Positions 17,743-27,078 of a stretch of DNA of 64,000 nt are shown in pieces. The stretch covers positions 1-64,000 of IMG/VR virus record IMGVR_UViG_3300027806_000003. The stretch is one strand, 5' to 3'. This DNA comes from a virus. Position 1 is the first letter of the stretch, and every line of letters starts with the position of its first letter. Made by a program: the position numbers and the translations under genes. The notes beneath the pieces were generated by a model that saw only the letters and a program-made list of their open reading frames with translations, did not search any database and was not told the origin of the DNA.

Positions 17743-18825
17743 GATCTGTCCTTTCCTGCCGCGCTGCGCGGCCCCTTGGGTGCTCCCGGCGTTGCCGCCG
17801 CGCTGGCCGCGGTCCGCCCGCAGCCGCGTCAGCGCCGCCGTCATATCCGTCACAACTTCATCAGCCAGCCCCGTGGCCACCGCTGCCGCACCGGCGTACC
17901 AGTGCTTGCCGCTCCAGCCCTGGGCGATCTCCACGCTCACGCCGCGGCCAGCGGCCACCGCCCGTGTGAACTGCTGGCCCATGGCGTCGATGTCTTCCTG
18001 GAGCGCCGCCCGCTGCGCATCGGTCAGCGGCTCGCGCCAGAGCTTCTTGATTTCGGCGCTGGCCACCGTCTGCGGCTTGATCCCCGCAATGGCCATCGCC
18101 TCAAAGTCCTCGTACCAGTGCAGCACCGTGCCGATGTTGCCGACCTCGGCATCGCTGGTGAGCATGAACAGCCCGGGCGTGCAGGCAGAGGCCAGGTAGA
18201 ACGCGGCGCTCATGCACCAACCCGCGCACATCACGCCGATGGGCTTGAGATCGCGCAGAGCCCTGATCTTCTCGGCCAGCGGGTCACACCCTATCGCTTC
18301 GCCACCGGGCGAATCGGCCACCATCAGAATCTCGCCAATCCGGGGGTCTTCGATCCCCGCCGTGATCGCCGCGGCGATGTCCTCGTACGCCGATGCAAAC
18401 GCGTTTCCGTTGCTGTCGATCGCGTCCTCGACCTTGCGCACCAGCGGCCCGCTGAGCGGGATCACCAGCGTCGAGCCCTGCACGCTCGGCGCGGCCAGCG
18501 ACCAGTACTCGCGTCCCGCGTAGGTGCTCAGGGCCTGCTTCTCGGGCGCGCTTGCGCCACCATCGTCGTGCCAGGCCGCCGGGCCAACAGCCGGTCCAGC
18601 AGCCGGGCCAGCATCCGCGCTCGCGTGATCAAGGCCGGCTCGTTTGCTCCGCACAGACCGTCCAGCGTCTCGCATCATCGCGTTTAGGCGGATGCCGCCG
18701 CTGACATCGACCTCGCCAAGGGCGACCCGGCGCAGCATCGCCCGCGCGGCCATGTCAACGCTCGCCTCGAGCATCCACGGCTTATTCATCGCAGCCGCGG
18801 CACGGATTGTCCAGTGCATGTGCAT
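17170..18825 (-). CDS. Head maturation protease, S49 family (lambda C-like)
   Basis: DSPGGEA, CMSAAFYLASAC, VGNIGTV, F..AVAAGRG, GLADEV. Confidence 0.9.
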   Translation of the reverse strand: MHMHWTIRAAAAMNKPWMLEASVDMAARAMLRRVALGEVDVSGGIRLNAMMRDAGRSVRSKRAGLDHASADAGPAAGPAVGPAAWHDDGGASAPEKQALSTYAGREYWSLAAPSVQGSTLVIPLSGPLVRKVEDAIDSNGNAFASAYEDIAAAITAGIEDPRIGEILMVADSPGGEAIGCDPLAEKIRALRDLKPIGVMCAGWCMSAAFYLASACTPGLFMLTSDAEVGNIGTVLHWYEDFEAMAIAGIKPQTVASAEIKKLWREPLTDAQRAALQEDIDAMGQQFTRAVAAGRGVSVEIAQGWSGKHWYAGAAAVATGLADEVVTDMTAALTRLRADRGQRGGNAGSTQGAAQRGRKGQIMAITLEGLKKLDGGEELIGQIQADAVKNAPAAAQDKPASIGELKSAFAGEAEFVLGQAERGATMSQAKAAFADVLGERLKAAQAKNAELQSKIDAGVKKAASTAAQGHGSPLSLAKDGQGPQGNASGGVGGDGHEHAKGTTERAEGLIRTAYAKKADFAAACAEAKKVDAAGYRLLGPAALTRLQQELIG

Positions 18826-18836
18826 TCGCTATTGGC

Positions 18837-18873
18837 CCTCTACCCATGTGCGCCCGTGGAGCATTTCTATGTC
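18837..18873 (-). promoter_or_regulatory. 37-bp late-region motif, copy 1 (upstream of protease)
   Basis: 35/37 identical to 22494-22530. Confidence 0.65.
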
Positions 18874-18905
18874 CCACCGCCAAACCGGCCCCGGCATCAA
18901 CAGAT

Positions 18906-19023
18906 CCTCCCCCGCCCAATGTCAGATTGGCCACCGGGGGAGGTGCCGCGGCCCAAATGTCATCCGGGCGGCGGAGGGGGTGCCTTTATTTGGTCATTTG
19001 ACCATTTGACCATTTGCCCATTT
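18906..19023 (+). repeat. Family-2 element + CCATTTGA array
   Basis: Seen directly. Confidence 0.85.
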
Positions 19024-20638
19024 ACGCTGGCGGCGCTTCGCCGCCAGCGGCCTGCCCCGGCATCAGCACCGGCTCGATGCCCAGCTCGCGCTCGATCTGC
19101 TTCTCCTCGCTGCGTTCGGCGGCCACGCTGGCAAAGTCGCGCCCGCCCAGCTGCTCGGCCGCTTCGCGCTTGCTCATGAGGTTCGCGTTGATCGCCGCCA
19201 CCAGCGCCGCCGTTTCCTTCTCCGGGTCAAACTGGCCGATGGGCAGGCCGATCCAACGCACGCCCATCGGGCTCAGCGCGTAGGCCAGTTCCTCTTGGCT
19301 CAGGTCGATCACGCCCGCCTGTGCCCACTCGCGCAGCCGCCACTGGTAGATCGGCGTGCACACGGTCCGCACAAAGTGCGCGAGCATCATCCGCCGCTGC
19401 CGCATCGCCATCATCACCGCCGTGCGTCCGGCGTAGGCGGTGCTCTGGCTGGCGTCCAAAAGCAGCACCTCCAGCGGCAGGCCCATGCGTGCCCCGAGCA
19501 CCCGCAGGAGCATCCGCAGGCTCGCGTCAAACGACGCGGCCGGGTACGGGCTCTGCGGCATGCTCACGGTCACATCCTCGCCGACATAGTGCACGCTGCC
19601 GGCCGGAATCTCCGTTGTCTTGGGGCTTGTCGGGCTGGCCGCCGCCTTGGGCGCGCCGATGAGCTTGCTGGTCAGTTCCGGCCTGCGCGAAGAAACAAAC
19701 GCCGCCAGCCGGCTGGTCAGGTCGCACGCGCGGATGTACGAGCTGAACATATCGTCGGCGCCGATGATCCGGTCGATCATCCCGCGCAGCGCGCTGATGC
19801 CGCGGTACTGGCTGATCTGATCCACGTTGGCCAGGAACACCGCGCCGCGTGCATCCACGCGCGCGATGTCCACACCGCTGGGCGCTCCGTCCTTGAACAC
19901 CGCCACGCGGTAGCGCAGCACGCGTCCGTCGCTATCGAGCTCCAGCCCCTCGGCGGGCAGATCCTGGCTCTGCGGCCTTGGCCCGTCTCGCACGAGCTGG
20001 GCCTCGACCATCTGCACCGTCCGGCCGACCATCGGATCGTCGCCCTGGGCCACCAGCACGCCCAGCACATCGCCGTCGAGGTACGCCGAGCGCAGCAGTT
20101 CCCGCTGCAGGCCGCCCCAGCCGTACCGCCGTGTGTGCTCGGCGCTCTCGGCCCATTCGATGAACAGGTCTTCGATCATCCGGGCCTTTTCGGTCCGGCC
20201 CTGCGGCAGCACGGTCTGCGGGTACAGCCCATCACCCAGCAGGAAGTCCACCGCGCTGTCGATCAGCAGCGGCGCGAGCGTGGTGGTGCGGTAGGCCTGG
20301 CGTGCGGCCCGGGCCACGGCGCTCCTTCGCGTCTCGCGGGCGATGCGTCCGCCCGCGGCATTGATCGGCGGCGAATCCTTGCGACCGCTCGACAGATCCG
20401 CTTCGGTGTACGGTGCGGAGCCTCGGCCGGCCGAGCCGAACGACGCCGACGCGTTCATGGCCGCGCCCGGTGCGGCCCTGCGCCACTGCCTGACCGACTC
20501 AAGTTGCGCCCGCGCAAGAGCCGACCGCGCCTCCGCCTCGGCCTTGTCGGCTCGCAGGCTCGCCACGCTGGCATCCACGCGCGCGCGCGTGATCGTCGCC
20601 ACCTTGCCGGTGGGCCTGTTGCTGGGCTTGCTGGCCAT
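19022..20638 (-). CDS. Portal protein, lambda family
   Basis: GAAAGG RBS, MASKP; LDGDVL, VQMVEAQLV, GLELDSDGR..YRV, QYRGIS, DPEKE..A. Confidence 0.9.
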   Translation of the reverse strand: MASKPSNRPTGKVATITRARVDASVASLRADKAEAEARSALARAQLESVRQWRRAAPGAAMNASASFGSAGRGSAPYTEADLSSGRKDSPPINAAGGRIARETRRSAVARAARQAYRTTTLAPLLIDSAVDFLLGDGLYPQTVLPQGRTEKARMIEDLFIEWAESAEHTRRYGWGGLQRELLRSAYLDGDVLGVLVAQGDDPMVGRTVQMVEAQLVRDGPRPQSQDLPAEGLELDSDGRVLRYRVAVFKDGAPSGVDIARVDARGAVFLANVDQISQYRGISALRGMIDRIIGADDMFSSYIRACDLTSRLAAFVSSRRPELTSKLIGAPKAAASPTSPKTTEIPAGSVHYVGEDVTVSMPQSPYPAASFDASLRMLLRVLGARMGLPLEVLLLDASQSTAYAGRTAVMMAMRQRRMMLAHFVRTVCTPIYQWRLREWAQAGVIDLSQEELAYALSPMGVRWIGLPIGQFDPEKETAALVAAINANLMSKREAAEQLGGRDFASVAAERSEEKQIERELGIEPVLMPGQAAGGEAPPA

Positions 20639-20720
20639 ATCGCGTTCGTCCCTTTCCTGCGTTGCCCTTTGCTGCTCTGCCGCTTTGCCCTTTGCTGCTT
20701 TGCCGATTTCCCGCGGCCGC

Positions 20721-21242
20721 TCAGCCCTCAAGTCTGCGCAGTTCCGCCTCCAGCGCGTACCGCTCGGCCACCAGCGGCTGGAAGATCTCCCGCTCCTGCC
20801 GCTCGTATTCGCGGGTGATCTCCTGCGCCTCGGCCTCGAGCTCTTCGATCACACGCTGGCGGCGAGAGTGGACCTCAGCCCGGCGCATCTTGATGTCGTC
20901 GAGCACCTTGACCGGCTGGCCGATCTGGTTCAGCCGCGTGCGGATCTGCCCCGCCCGCTCGGCCCGCGCACGCTCGGACCGCTCGTGCTCATCGGCATCG
21001 TGCGCATCGACCTCCGCGGCCGCATCCAGCTCAACATCGGTCTCAACATCCAGCTCGGTATCCTCCACCTCGGCACCGCTCGCACGCGCGCCCGCACCAG
21101 CATCAAACGGCGCGGTCTCATCCCCGGCCCCGGCGTCGAGCCCACCATCACCCACCGGCGTCTCCGCCGAGCCGCTGCGGTTTGTCGTGCTCAGCGTCGA
21201 GGCCGCCGCCGCGTTCACGTCTTTATTGCCCTTGCGTGCCAT
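20721..21242 (-). CDS. Hypothetical acidic/coiled-coil late protein carrying an antisense integrase fragment
   Basis: AAAGGA RBS, MARKGNK; D/E-rich linker then coiled coil. Confidence 0.7.
   Translation of the reverse strand: MARKGNKDVNAAAASTLSTTNRSGSAETPVGDGGLDAGAGDETAPFDAGAGARASGAEVEDTELDVETDVELDAAAEVDAHDADEHERSERARAERAGQIRTRLNQIGQPVKVLDDIKMRRAEVHSRRQRVIEELEAEAQEITREYERQEREIFQPLVAERYALEAELRRLEG
21152..21212 (+). repeat. 61-bp exact copy of integrase segment 32078-32138
   Basis: CCACCGGCGTCTCCGCCGAGCCGCTGCGGTTTGTCGTGCTCAGCGTCGAGGCCGCCGCCGC at both sites. Confidence 0.95.
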
Positions 21243-21304
21243 GCTTGTTTCCTTTTTGCTGCTCTGCTGATTTGCTGCTCTGCTGCTTTGAGCTTCGAGC
21301 TTTG

Positions 21305-21547
21305 TCACACCACCACGTACGTCCCGCCCCCTCCGCCATTTCCATCACCGACCACCGCCGCCAGCATGCGTTCTTCCTCGATAAGCATGTTCAGAAGGCT
21401 CGTCAGCGAACCGCTGGCCACGCTCATGTTCCCGCCGCTGACATCCGGCCCGATCTTCTGCGTGACTTCGACGATGTGCAGCCGCAGCCGCGCCAGCCGC
21501 TCGGCATCGCTCGAGTACCCCCGCCAGTCCGCGTACTGCCACATCAT
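21305..21547 (-). CDS. Head-tail joining protein (gpW-like)
   Basis: 80 aa helix-hairpin-helix style, between terminase and portal; ATGA-coupled. Confidence 0.55.
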   Translation of the reverse strand: MMWQYADWRGYSSDAERLARLRLHIVEVTQKIGPDVSGGNMSVASGSLTSLLNMLIEEERMLAAVVGDGNGGGGGTYVVV

Positions 21548-22491
21548 GCCGCCTCCTGTTCCGTCGCTGCGTCCGCCATCACCGCCGCCCCCCCCGCCGC
21601 CGCTCCTGTTCCGCTCCGCTCCTGCAGCGCCGCCGCCGCCCGCTGGCGGATCTCCAGAACCAGTCTTTCGGCCGCGGCCCGCAGCCGGGCCACGCTCATG
21701 GGGTCCATCGGCTCGGCGCTCTGGCCGCGATCGCCGGCAACCGGCGGCAGGCCGATCTGTGCCAGGTCCGCCAGCCTCTGCGGCAGGCCGTCGATCGCGT
21801 GCACCAGCCCGGTGATCACCTCCTGCATCGCCGCCGCCGCCGCCGCACGGTCGACCAGCTCGCCGCGCTTGGCCTTCATGGCCATGTCCTTGCTGCTGGC
21901 CTCGATCAGCGCCCGCAGGTTCTCCGCGTCGGCCCTGGTCACCCGGCCGATCACTTCATTCAGCACGCCCGGGTCGCTGATCGATCGCCCGTTCAAGATC
22001 CGCATCAGGCTCAAGCCCTCGCCCTGCTCGGCCGCTTCCATGGCGGCCTCGCGCACAGCCTGCCCCAGCGGCGACTGGTCAAAGGCCTGCCCCGGCTCAC
22101 CGGCTGCGGTCGACCGACCACGGCCACCCCCGCGCCCATTCACACGCCCGGCCACGCTCCCGGCTACGCCGGACGCACGCCGCACGCCCCGCACGTTCAG
22201 CCCGGCCTTGCGTCCGGCCCCGCCGCGAATCCCGCCGTGGTGCGCGGTCGACGCCTCCACCGCGTGCGCCTTGTTCGTCTTTGCCCAGGCCACGCACGCG
22301 GCCTGGTCGAACCACCTCTGCCCGCTGGCCACCGTGTGCGGCATGCCGTCGCGCACGTAGTTCGTGATCGTCATGCGCGTCACGCCCAGCGCCTTGGCCA
22401 GCTTGCCCGCGCCGACCATTCCCGGCGGCGGCAACTCCGCCGCCCCCGGCAGCAGCAGCCCACCCGAGTTGTCGCCGGTTGCTTCGCCCAT
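21544..22491 (-). CDS. terS: Terminase small subunit (Nu1-like)
   Basis: wHTH KLAKALGVTRMTITNYVRDGMP..WFDQAACVAW; later KRGELVD..LPQRLA typical of Nu1. Confidence 0.75.
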   Translation of the reverse strand: MGEATGDNSGGLLLPGAAELPPPGMVGAGKLAKALGVTRMTITNYVRDGMPHTVASGQRWFDQAACVAWAKTNKAHAVEASTAHHGGIRGGAGRKAGLNVRGVRRASGVAGSVAGRVNGRGGGRGRSTAAGEPGQAFDQSPLGQAVREAAMEAAEQGEGLSLMRILNGRSISDPGVLNEVIGRVTRADAENLRALIEASSKDMAMKAKRGELVDRAAAAAAMQEVITGLVHAIDGLPQRLADLAQIGLPPVAGDRGQSAEPMDPMSVARLRAAAERLVLEIRQRAAAALQERSGTGAAAGGAAVMADAATEQEAA

Positions 22492-22493
22492 GG

Positions 22494-22530
22494 CCTCTAC
22501 CCATGTGCGCCGGTGGTGCATTTCTATGTC
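22494..22530 (-). promoter_or_regulatory. 37-bp late-region motif, copy 2 (upstream of terS)
   Basis: 35/37 identical to 18837-18873. Confidence 0.65.
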
Positions 22531-22547
22531 TCATCGCGCTCTTCGCA

Positions 22548-22692
22548 CCTCCCCCGCTCGGCGGGGGAGGTGCCGAGTCCCAAGTGTCATTTGGGAGGCG
22601 GAGGGGGCGCCCGCCTTCAGCCCCAACGGGGCCGCGGCCTGCCCCCCAATAGCCACGGGTGGAGCCCGCGCTTCCCGGGCGCAGCCCGTGAA
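22548..22692 (+). repeat. Family-2 element + family-1 REP-like element
   Basis: Seen directly between terL and terS. Confidence 0.85.
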
Positions 22693-22696
22693 CGCC

Positions 22697-24976
22697 TCAC
22701 CCACGCTCCTCCTGATACAGCTCCACCGCCATCTGCCGCGTGAACGTCCGCACCTCGTTTCTGTCCGCGATCGCGCAGGCATACACCTCGCAGTCCAGCA
22801 GGTGGTTGTCCTTCCGCCCCTCGCGCAGTTCCCACACCGCCATCGCGCGGCCGTACCGGTCCGTCGCCACCACTTGCCGCTCGGCGGTCACCTGGTGCCA
22901 GTACCGGTCGTGATTGTCGCCCCTGCGGACCGTGCCCCCCGGCTCGGTTCGGTCGGCGGTGTACGCCGGCCACCACCACCGCTGCTTGTCGGCCTCGATG
23001 CTCAGCCTGTCTGAGCCATCCCGTGCCGCCGTCGGCGGCGCCGCGGCCATGTGGCCAACGATCATCGTTTTGTAGTAACTGCCACCAACCATCAGCAGCA
23101 GCCTCGGCGCAGCGCGCCCCGCCGCACCCCTGCCCGCCCCGCCGATCTGGCTCATGCGGAAGTTCACAAGCCCCGGCCGTGATTCGCTCATGCCCTTGGC
23201 CGCCTGCGCCCCCGTCTGGTCGCACGCCGCGTACACCTCGCTGGTCCGGTCGCCCGAGTCCACGGCCAGATCAATGATCGGCAGGCCAACTCGCTCGATC
23301 ATGCCCTCGGGCCGCTCAAGTGTGTACCGCAGCCCCTGCAGGCCCGCCAGTTCATGCCCGTCGACCAAGGGGTACCGCCGGCTCTTGACCCGCTCGATCG
23401 CGCCGACCAGCGCGTGCCGATCGCCGGCCTCGAGCGCGCCGTAGTCGATCAGCCAACTCGACCGCCCCTCTGCGCCAAACCCGCGCACCACGTAGTAGAT
23501 CCGGTCGGCCTGCACATCCACGCCCGCGAACAGCGCCAAACATCCGCGCGGCACCGTCCCGCGTCGGTACCCGCCATCGGCCAGGCTCAGGCAGTGCGCC
23601 TTCATGCTCCCCGGCTCGATCGACCGCCCCACGGCCTGCGTCGCGCGGCCGAGCATGCCCGCCCACCACTTGTCCGGCGGGTTCTTGCCGAGCTTGACGT
23701 AGTCGTGCACCAGGCTCGCCCACGTGGTCCACGGCGAATACATGCCGGAGATTGAGAACGACGCCACCCGCGTCCTTGGCCCCTCGCCCACGACCCCCGC
23801 CCGCTCCCCGCCCGCCTCCCTCCGCTCCCACGCAAACGCAAAGGCATCTTCGGCCCCGAAGGGGCCGAGGGATGTAGCCACGGGTGCAGCCCGCGCTTGG
23901 CGGGCAGAACCCGTGGAAGCCTCCGCATCCGAATCCTGCCCCGGAGGGGCAGAGGAAGCTTCATCGGACCCGACGCCTTCCCCTTCTCCCATTTGACCAT
24001 TTGACCATTTGACCATTTGGCCCTTTTTGACCCACACCCCCCGCCGCATCATCGCCGCCTTGTACTTCTCATCGATCTCCGCCCCGCAGCACTCGCACAC
24101 GTACACGCACGATTGCTCGGCGTCCAAGGGGTCAACGTCATCACGGTCTTTCCCCTCCCAGTCCAGTTGCTCGAAGGACAACTCGCGGTACTCGCCGCAG
24201 TGGGGGCAGGGCACGTGATACGTCCGCTGGTCCCCCTGCTTGTAGAGCCGATCGATGCCCTGATCGGCGGCCCCCGGCGTCGACACGGCCATCCGCACCG
24301 CGGCGTCCTTGAAGGTCTTGGTCCGTTCGCACGCCAGTTCCCACGCGTCCTTGCTCCACTCCTCAACCTCATCACCGATCAGGTAGCGGATCGGCAGGCT
24401 CTTCAGGTCCGCATCGCTCCGCGTGCCGCGCAGAAAGACCGTGCTCTGGCCGATGGTCAGGTCGGCGATGCGGGCTTCCTTGCCATCGAGAGCGCCCGCG
24501 TTCTTGAGTTTGTTCTTGATCCTGGGCGTGGCGCGAATCGCGGGGATGAGCCTCTTGCGGTTCTGCTCGCGTGCGAAGTCCGTCGACGGGTACACCACCA
24601 TCGCCGGCCCCGGCGCGTTGTCGATGCACGCAAAGAGCACGTTGATCGCCGCTTCGGTCGCGCCGACCTGGGAGCACTTGATCACGACCACATCCGAGTA
24701 CAGCCCGCTGGCGGCCGCGTCCATGATGTCCACCAGGTACGGCGTGACATCGTTCCGCCAGGGCCCCGGCCTGTGGCTCGACTCGGCCGCCACACCGCGG
24801 TGCCGCTCGGCCCACTGGCTCGGCGTCAGCCGCTCCTGCGGACGGATCACCCCGGCGGCCACGCTCAGCAGAAACGCGCGATCACCGCCATCGGCCACCG
24901 CCGCCCCCCCCGCACCAGCATCTACGCCGGACGCCACGACCGCCACCGCCGCCCCCGCCGAAGCCGCCGCGCTCAT
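22697..24976 (-). CDS. terL: Terminase large subunit, lambda GpA family
   Basis: KCSQVGATE, LIGDEVE, VSTP, CPHCG/CECCG, YSPW, GVDVQ, VDSG, NHLLDC. Confidence 0.92.
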   Translation of the reverse strand: MSAAASAGAAVAVVASGVDAGAGGAAVADGGDRAFLLSVAAGVIRPQERLTPSQWAERHRGVAAESSHRPGPWRNDVTPYLVDIMDAAASGLYSDVVVIKCSQVGATEAAINVLFACIDNAPGPAMVVYPSTDFAREQNRKRLIPAIRATPRIKNKLKNAGALDGKEARIADLTIGQSTVFLRGTRSDADLKSLPIRYLIGDEVEEWSKDAWELACERTKTFKDAAVRMAVSTPGAADQGIDRLYKQGDQRTYHVPCPHCGEYRELSFEQLDWEGKDRDDVDPLDAEQSCVYVCECCGAEIDEKYKAAMMRRGVWVKKGQMVKWSNGQMGEGEGVGSDEASSAPPGQDSDAEASTGSARQARAAPVATSLGPFGAEDAFAFAWERREAGGERAGVVGEGPRTRVASFSISGMYSPWTTWASLVHDYVKLGKNPPDKWWAGMLGRATQAVGRSIEPGSMKAHCLSLADGGYRRGTVPRGCLALFAGVDVQADRIYYVVRGFGAEGRSSWLIDYGALEAGDRHALVGAIERVKSRRYPLVDGHELAGLQGLRYTLERPEGMIERVGLPIIDLAVDSGDRTSEVYAACDQTGAQAAKGMSESRPGLVNFRMSQIGGAGRGAAGRAAPRLLLMVGGSYYKTMIVGHMAAAPPTAARDGSDRLSIEADKQRWWWPAYTADRTEPGGTVRRGDNHDRYWHQVTAERQVVATDRYGRAMAVWELREGRKDNHLLDCEVYACAIADRNEVRTFTRQMAVELYQEERG
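23849..24020 (+). repeat. Family-1 element + CCATTTGA x4 inserted in-frame in terL
   Basis: Same repeats as intergenic copies; terL frame stays open. Confidence 0.85.
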
Positions 24977-25323
24977 CGCACCACCTCCGCGACTTCGGCC
25001 CCAACGGGGCCGAGGGATGCAGCCACGGGTGGAGCGCAGCGCAACCCGTGGACCGCCCCCGACTCATCGCCCTGCCCCAAAGGGGCAGAGGAATCGGCCA
25101 TCAACGTCCCGCCCTGAGCCCCCACGCATCCGCACGCCAAACCCGCAATCATCTTCCTGATCGTCCGCGGATCAATCGCGTGCCGCCTGGCCGCCGCCCG
25201 CGCGGTTTGGCCCTCGACGATCACCGCCCGCACCGCCTCAAACCGCGCCGCCGCCTCGGCCTTCTCCCCCTGCGTCCACCCCAGGCAGTACGCTGCCAGC
25301 CACTCTTCCGGCGGCATGTTCAT
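24973..25323 (-). CDS. Small HTH protein (C-terminus encoded by a family-1 element)
   Basis: EGQTARAAARRHAIDPRTIRKMI; coupled to terL. Confidence 0.6.
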   Translation of the reverse strand: MNMPPEEWLAAYCLGWTQGEKAEAAARFEAVRAVIVEGQTARAAARRHAIDPRTIRKMIAGLACGCVGAQGGTLMADSSAPLGQGDESGAVHGLRCAPPVAASLGPVGAEVAEVVR

Positions 25324-26024
25324 CCGTTACCCCCCGCGGCGTACGCCGCGATCACTTCTTCGGCGCTCCGCCGATCATCCTCGATTCCGCGCTCGCGTTG
25401 CCGCAGCGTGGCCAGCACGCTGGCCTCATCGAACGCGCGAGCGCTCCGCACCCCGCGAGCCGCCGCGGCCGATGCGCCGCACGGCTGCCTGGCCAGCCAG
25501 TCCCGCACCTTGTCCATGGTCGACCGGCCCCGGGCCCACGGATCCAGCCGCACCACATCCTCGCCGAGCTCCGCCGCCAGCATGCACTGGGCCGTGTGCA
25601 GGTCATCGGCCCGCGTGTCATCGCTGACCAGCTCGGCGTACTCGAGGCTCAGCCCGCCGCCGCGCACCCGCACGCGAACGTACCGCGTCTGGGCGCACGC
25701 GCGCGGGTACCGCCGCGGCCGCGAGCCCGGCAGTGGGGGCGTGCTCACGCGGCCGAACCGATCCACGCCGCACGCCGGCACCAGGCCCGGGATGCCGAAA
25801 GCCCCAGCGCGATCCCCACCACAAAATCGTGTTGATCCCTCGCCCATGATCCCCATCACCGCGTGGGCGCGGTCGGTCGCATCGGCCGTGCTGATCATCT
25901 CGCACGCGCTCTCATCGGCGCAGACCAGCACCTCGGCCCTGTTCGGGCACAGCTGATCCTGGTGCGATTGCTCCTGCTCGCCCCGCCACGCCTTGGGTTT
26001 TCTTCCAGCCTTCGCCGCGCCCAT
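25320..26024 (-). CDS. Hypothetical protein
   Basis: GGAGGT RBS; ATGA-coupled downstream. Confidence 0.55.
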   Translation of the reverse strand: MGAAKAGRKPKAWRGEQEQSHQDQLCPNRAEVLVCADESACEMISTADATDRAHAVMGIMGEGSTRFCGGDRAGAFGIPGLVPACGVDRFGRVSTPPLPGSRPRRYPRACAQTRYVRVRVRGGGLSLEYAELVSDDTRADDLHTAQCMLAAELGEDVVRLDPWARGRSTMDKVRDWLARQPCGASAAAARGVRSARAFDEASVLATLRQRERGIEDDRRSAEEVIAAYAAGGNG

Positions 26025-26040
26025 CGGTCACCTCCGCACA

Positions 26041-26120
26041 CGCCATCCACGCCCATCCGCTCATCCGCCCATCCGCTCAGGCCGTCATCCGCCCAGCCGC
26101 CCATCCGCTCACCCGCTTAT
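26041..26120 (+). repeat. CATCCGC(C/T) octamer array
   Basis: ~8 degenerate units. Confidence 0.75.
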
Positions 26121-26357
26121 CGCCGTTCGCTCGTGCGCCTCGGCGATCGCCAGCGCCGCCTCAAAGCTCGCCGCGCTGTGCTCGCTCATCAGCCCAGGCT
26201 CCGAGCACGAGACCTTGAACAACCCACCAGGCCTCCGCGGCGCGATGATCGTGAAGTGAATCGGCGAGTCCGGCCTGCTCAGCCCGCTGGCCGCCACCCA
26301 CACCACCGCCCGCCCACGCCCCGCCTCTTGCACAAACTCCAACGCCCGCTCGCTCAC
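26109..26357 (-). CDS. Hypothetical protein
   Basis: AAGGAG + GTG; 82 aa. Confidence 0.5.
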   Translation of the reverse strand: MSERALEFVQEAGRGRAVVWVAASGLSRPDSPIHFTIIAPRRPGGLFKVSCSEPGLMSEHSAASFEAALAIAEAHERTAISG

Positions 26358-26406
26358 GCCCTTGCTCCTTGTATAGTCATTGCATCGGCATGACAACCGA
26401 TTATCT

Positions 26407-27078
26407 TTACCCGATCGCCGCGCGGGCGTCGATCGCCTCGCGTTCCCATTCCTTCTCCGGCTCAACGCGCCGCACCACGATCGGCCGCCCCATCCGGTCC
26501 GGGTGCAACTCGGTCACCACGCCAGGCCACGCATCGCGCCGCCGCAGGCAGATGTGCACCAGTTGCCGCGCCGAGCCCTGCACCACGTCGACCGCGACCA
26601 CGCTCTCTCCCACGTTTCGCACGTGCGAGAGCACCTGCAGCATCGCGGCCATCGTCGCCGGGCCCAGCGGCTTGCCGTTGCGGCTGGCCCGCTGATCGGT
26701 CGACGCCGCCGCCGCCCATCGCTCGGCCGCCAGCGCCCCCGGCCCGGCGCGGTAGGCCGCGATCGCCGCGCTCCGCTCGGCCACGCTCGGCCGCCGGCCC
26801 CGACCACCGCCACCATCACCGCCGCCCGCGCCCTCCTCCAGCAGCGGCCCGACCTTCTCCAGCAGCATGTTGCCGATTCGTGCGCAGTCGCCCGGCGTCA
26901 GGTCGCCCAGCTCGCACATCGAGGCCAGCGTCGGCCCCACACACCGAACGAACAGATCCACCGGCATCTTGGCCAGCTCGCCCACCTCCGCCGCCACATC
27001 ACGCCTATCGCCGCCACCCTCGCGGCCCCGCGGCATCGCGTCGATGATCATGGCCACCTCGCCGCTCCTCATCTTCAT
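26407..27078 (-). CDS. Hypothetical protein
   Basis: 223-aa ORF in operon orientation, ATGA-coupled. Confidence 0.55.
   Translation of the reverse strand: MKMRSGEVAMIIDAMPRGREGGGDRRDVAAEVGELAKMPVDLFVRCVGPTLASMCELGDLTPGDCARIGNMLLEKVGPLLEEGAGGGDGGGGRGRRPSVAERSAAIAAYRAGPGALAAERWAAAASTDQRASRNGKPLGPATMAAMLQVLSHVRNVGESVVAVDVVQGSARQLVHICLRRRDAWPGVVTELHPDRMGRPIVVRRVEPEKEWEREAIDARAAIG

Noticed and set aside
15172-18687. Very long + strand ORFs (also 11275-14004, 37471-41016, 51652-54006, 56312-59194, 59002-60900)
   Set aside because: Antisense shadows of well-supported minus-strand genes in high-GC DNA; no motifs, Arg/Gly/Ala-rich
20721-21242. Mu Gam-like protein
   Set aside because: Only a generic coiled-coil resemblance; Gam C-terminal motifs are absent
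23812-24020. Intein or intron in terL
   Set aside because: No C/S...HN intein termini and too short; fully explained by the local repeat families
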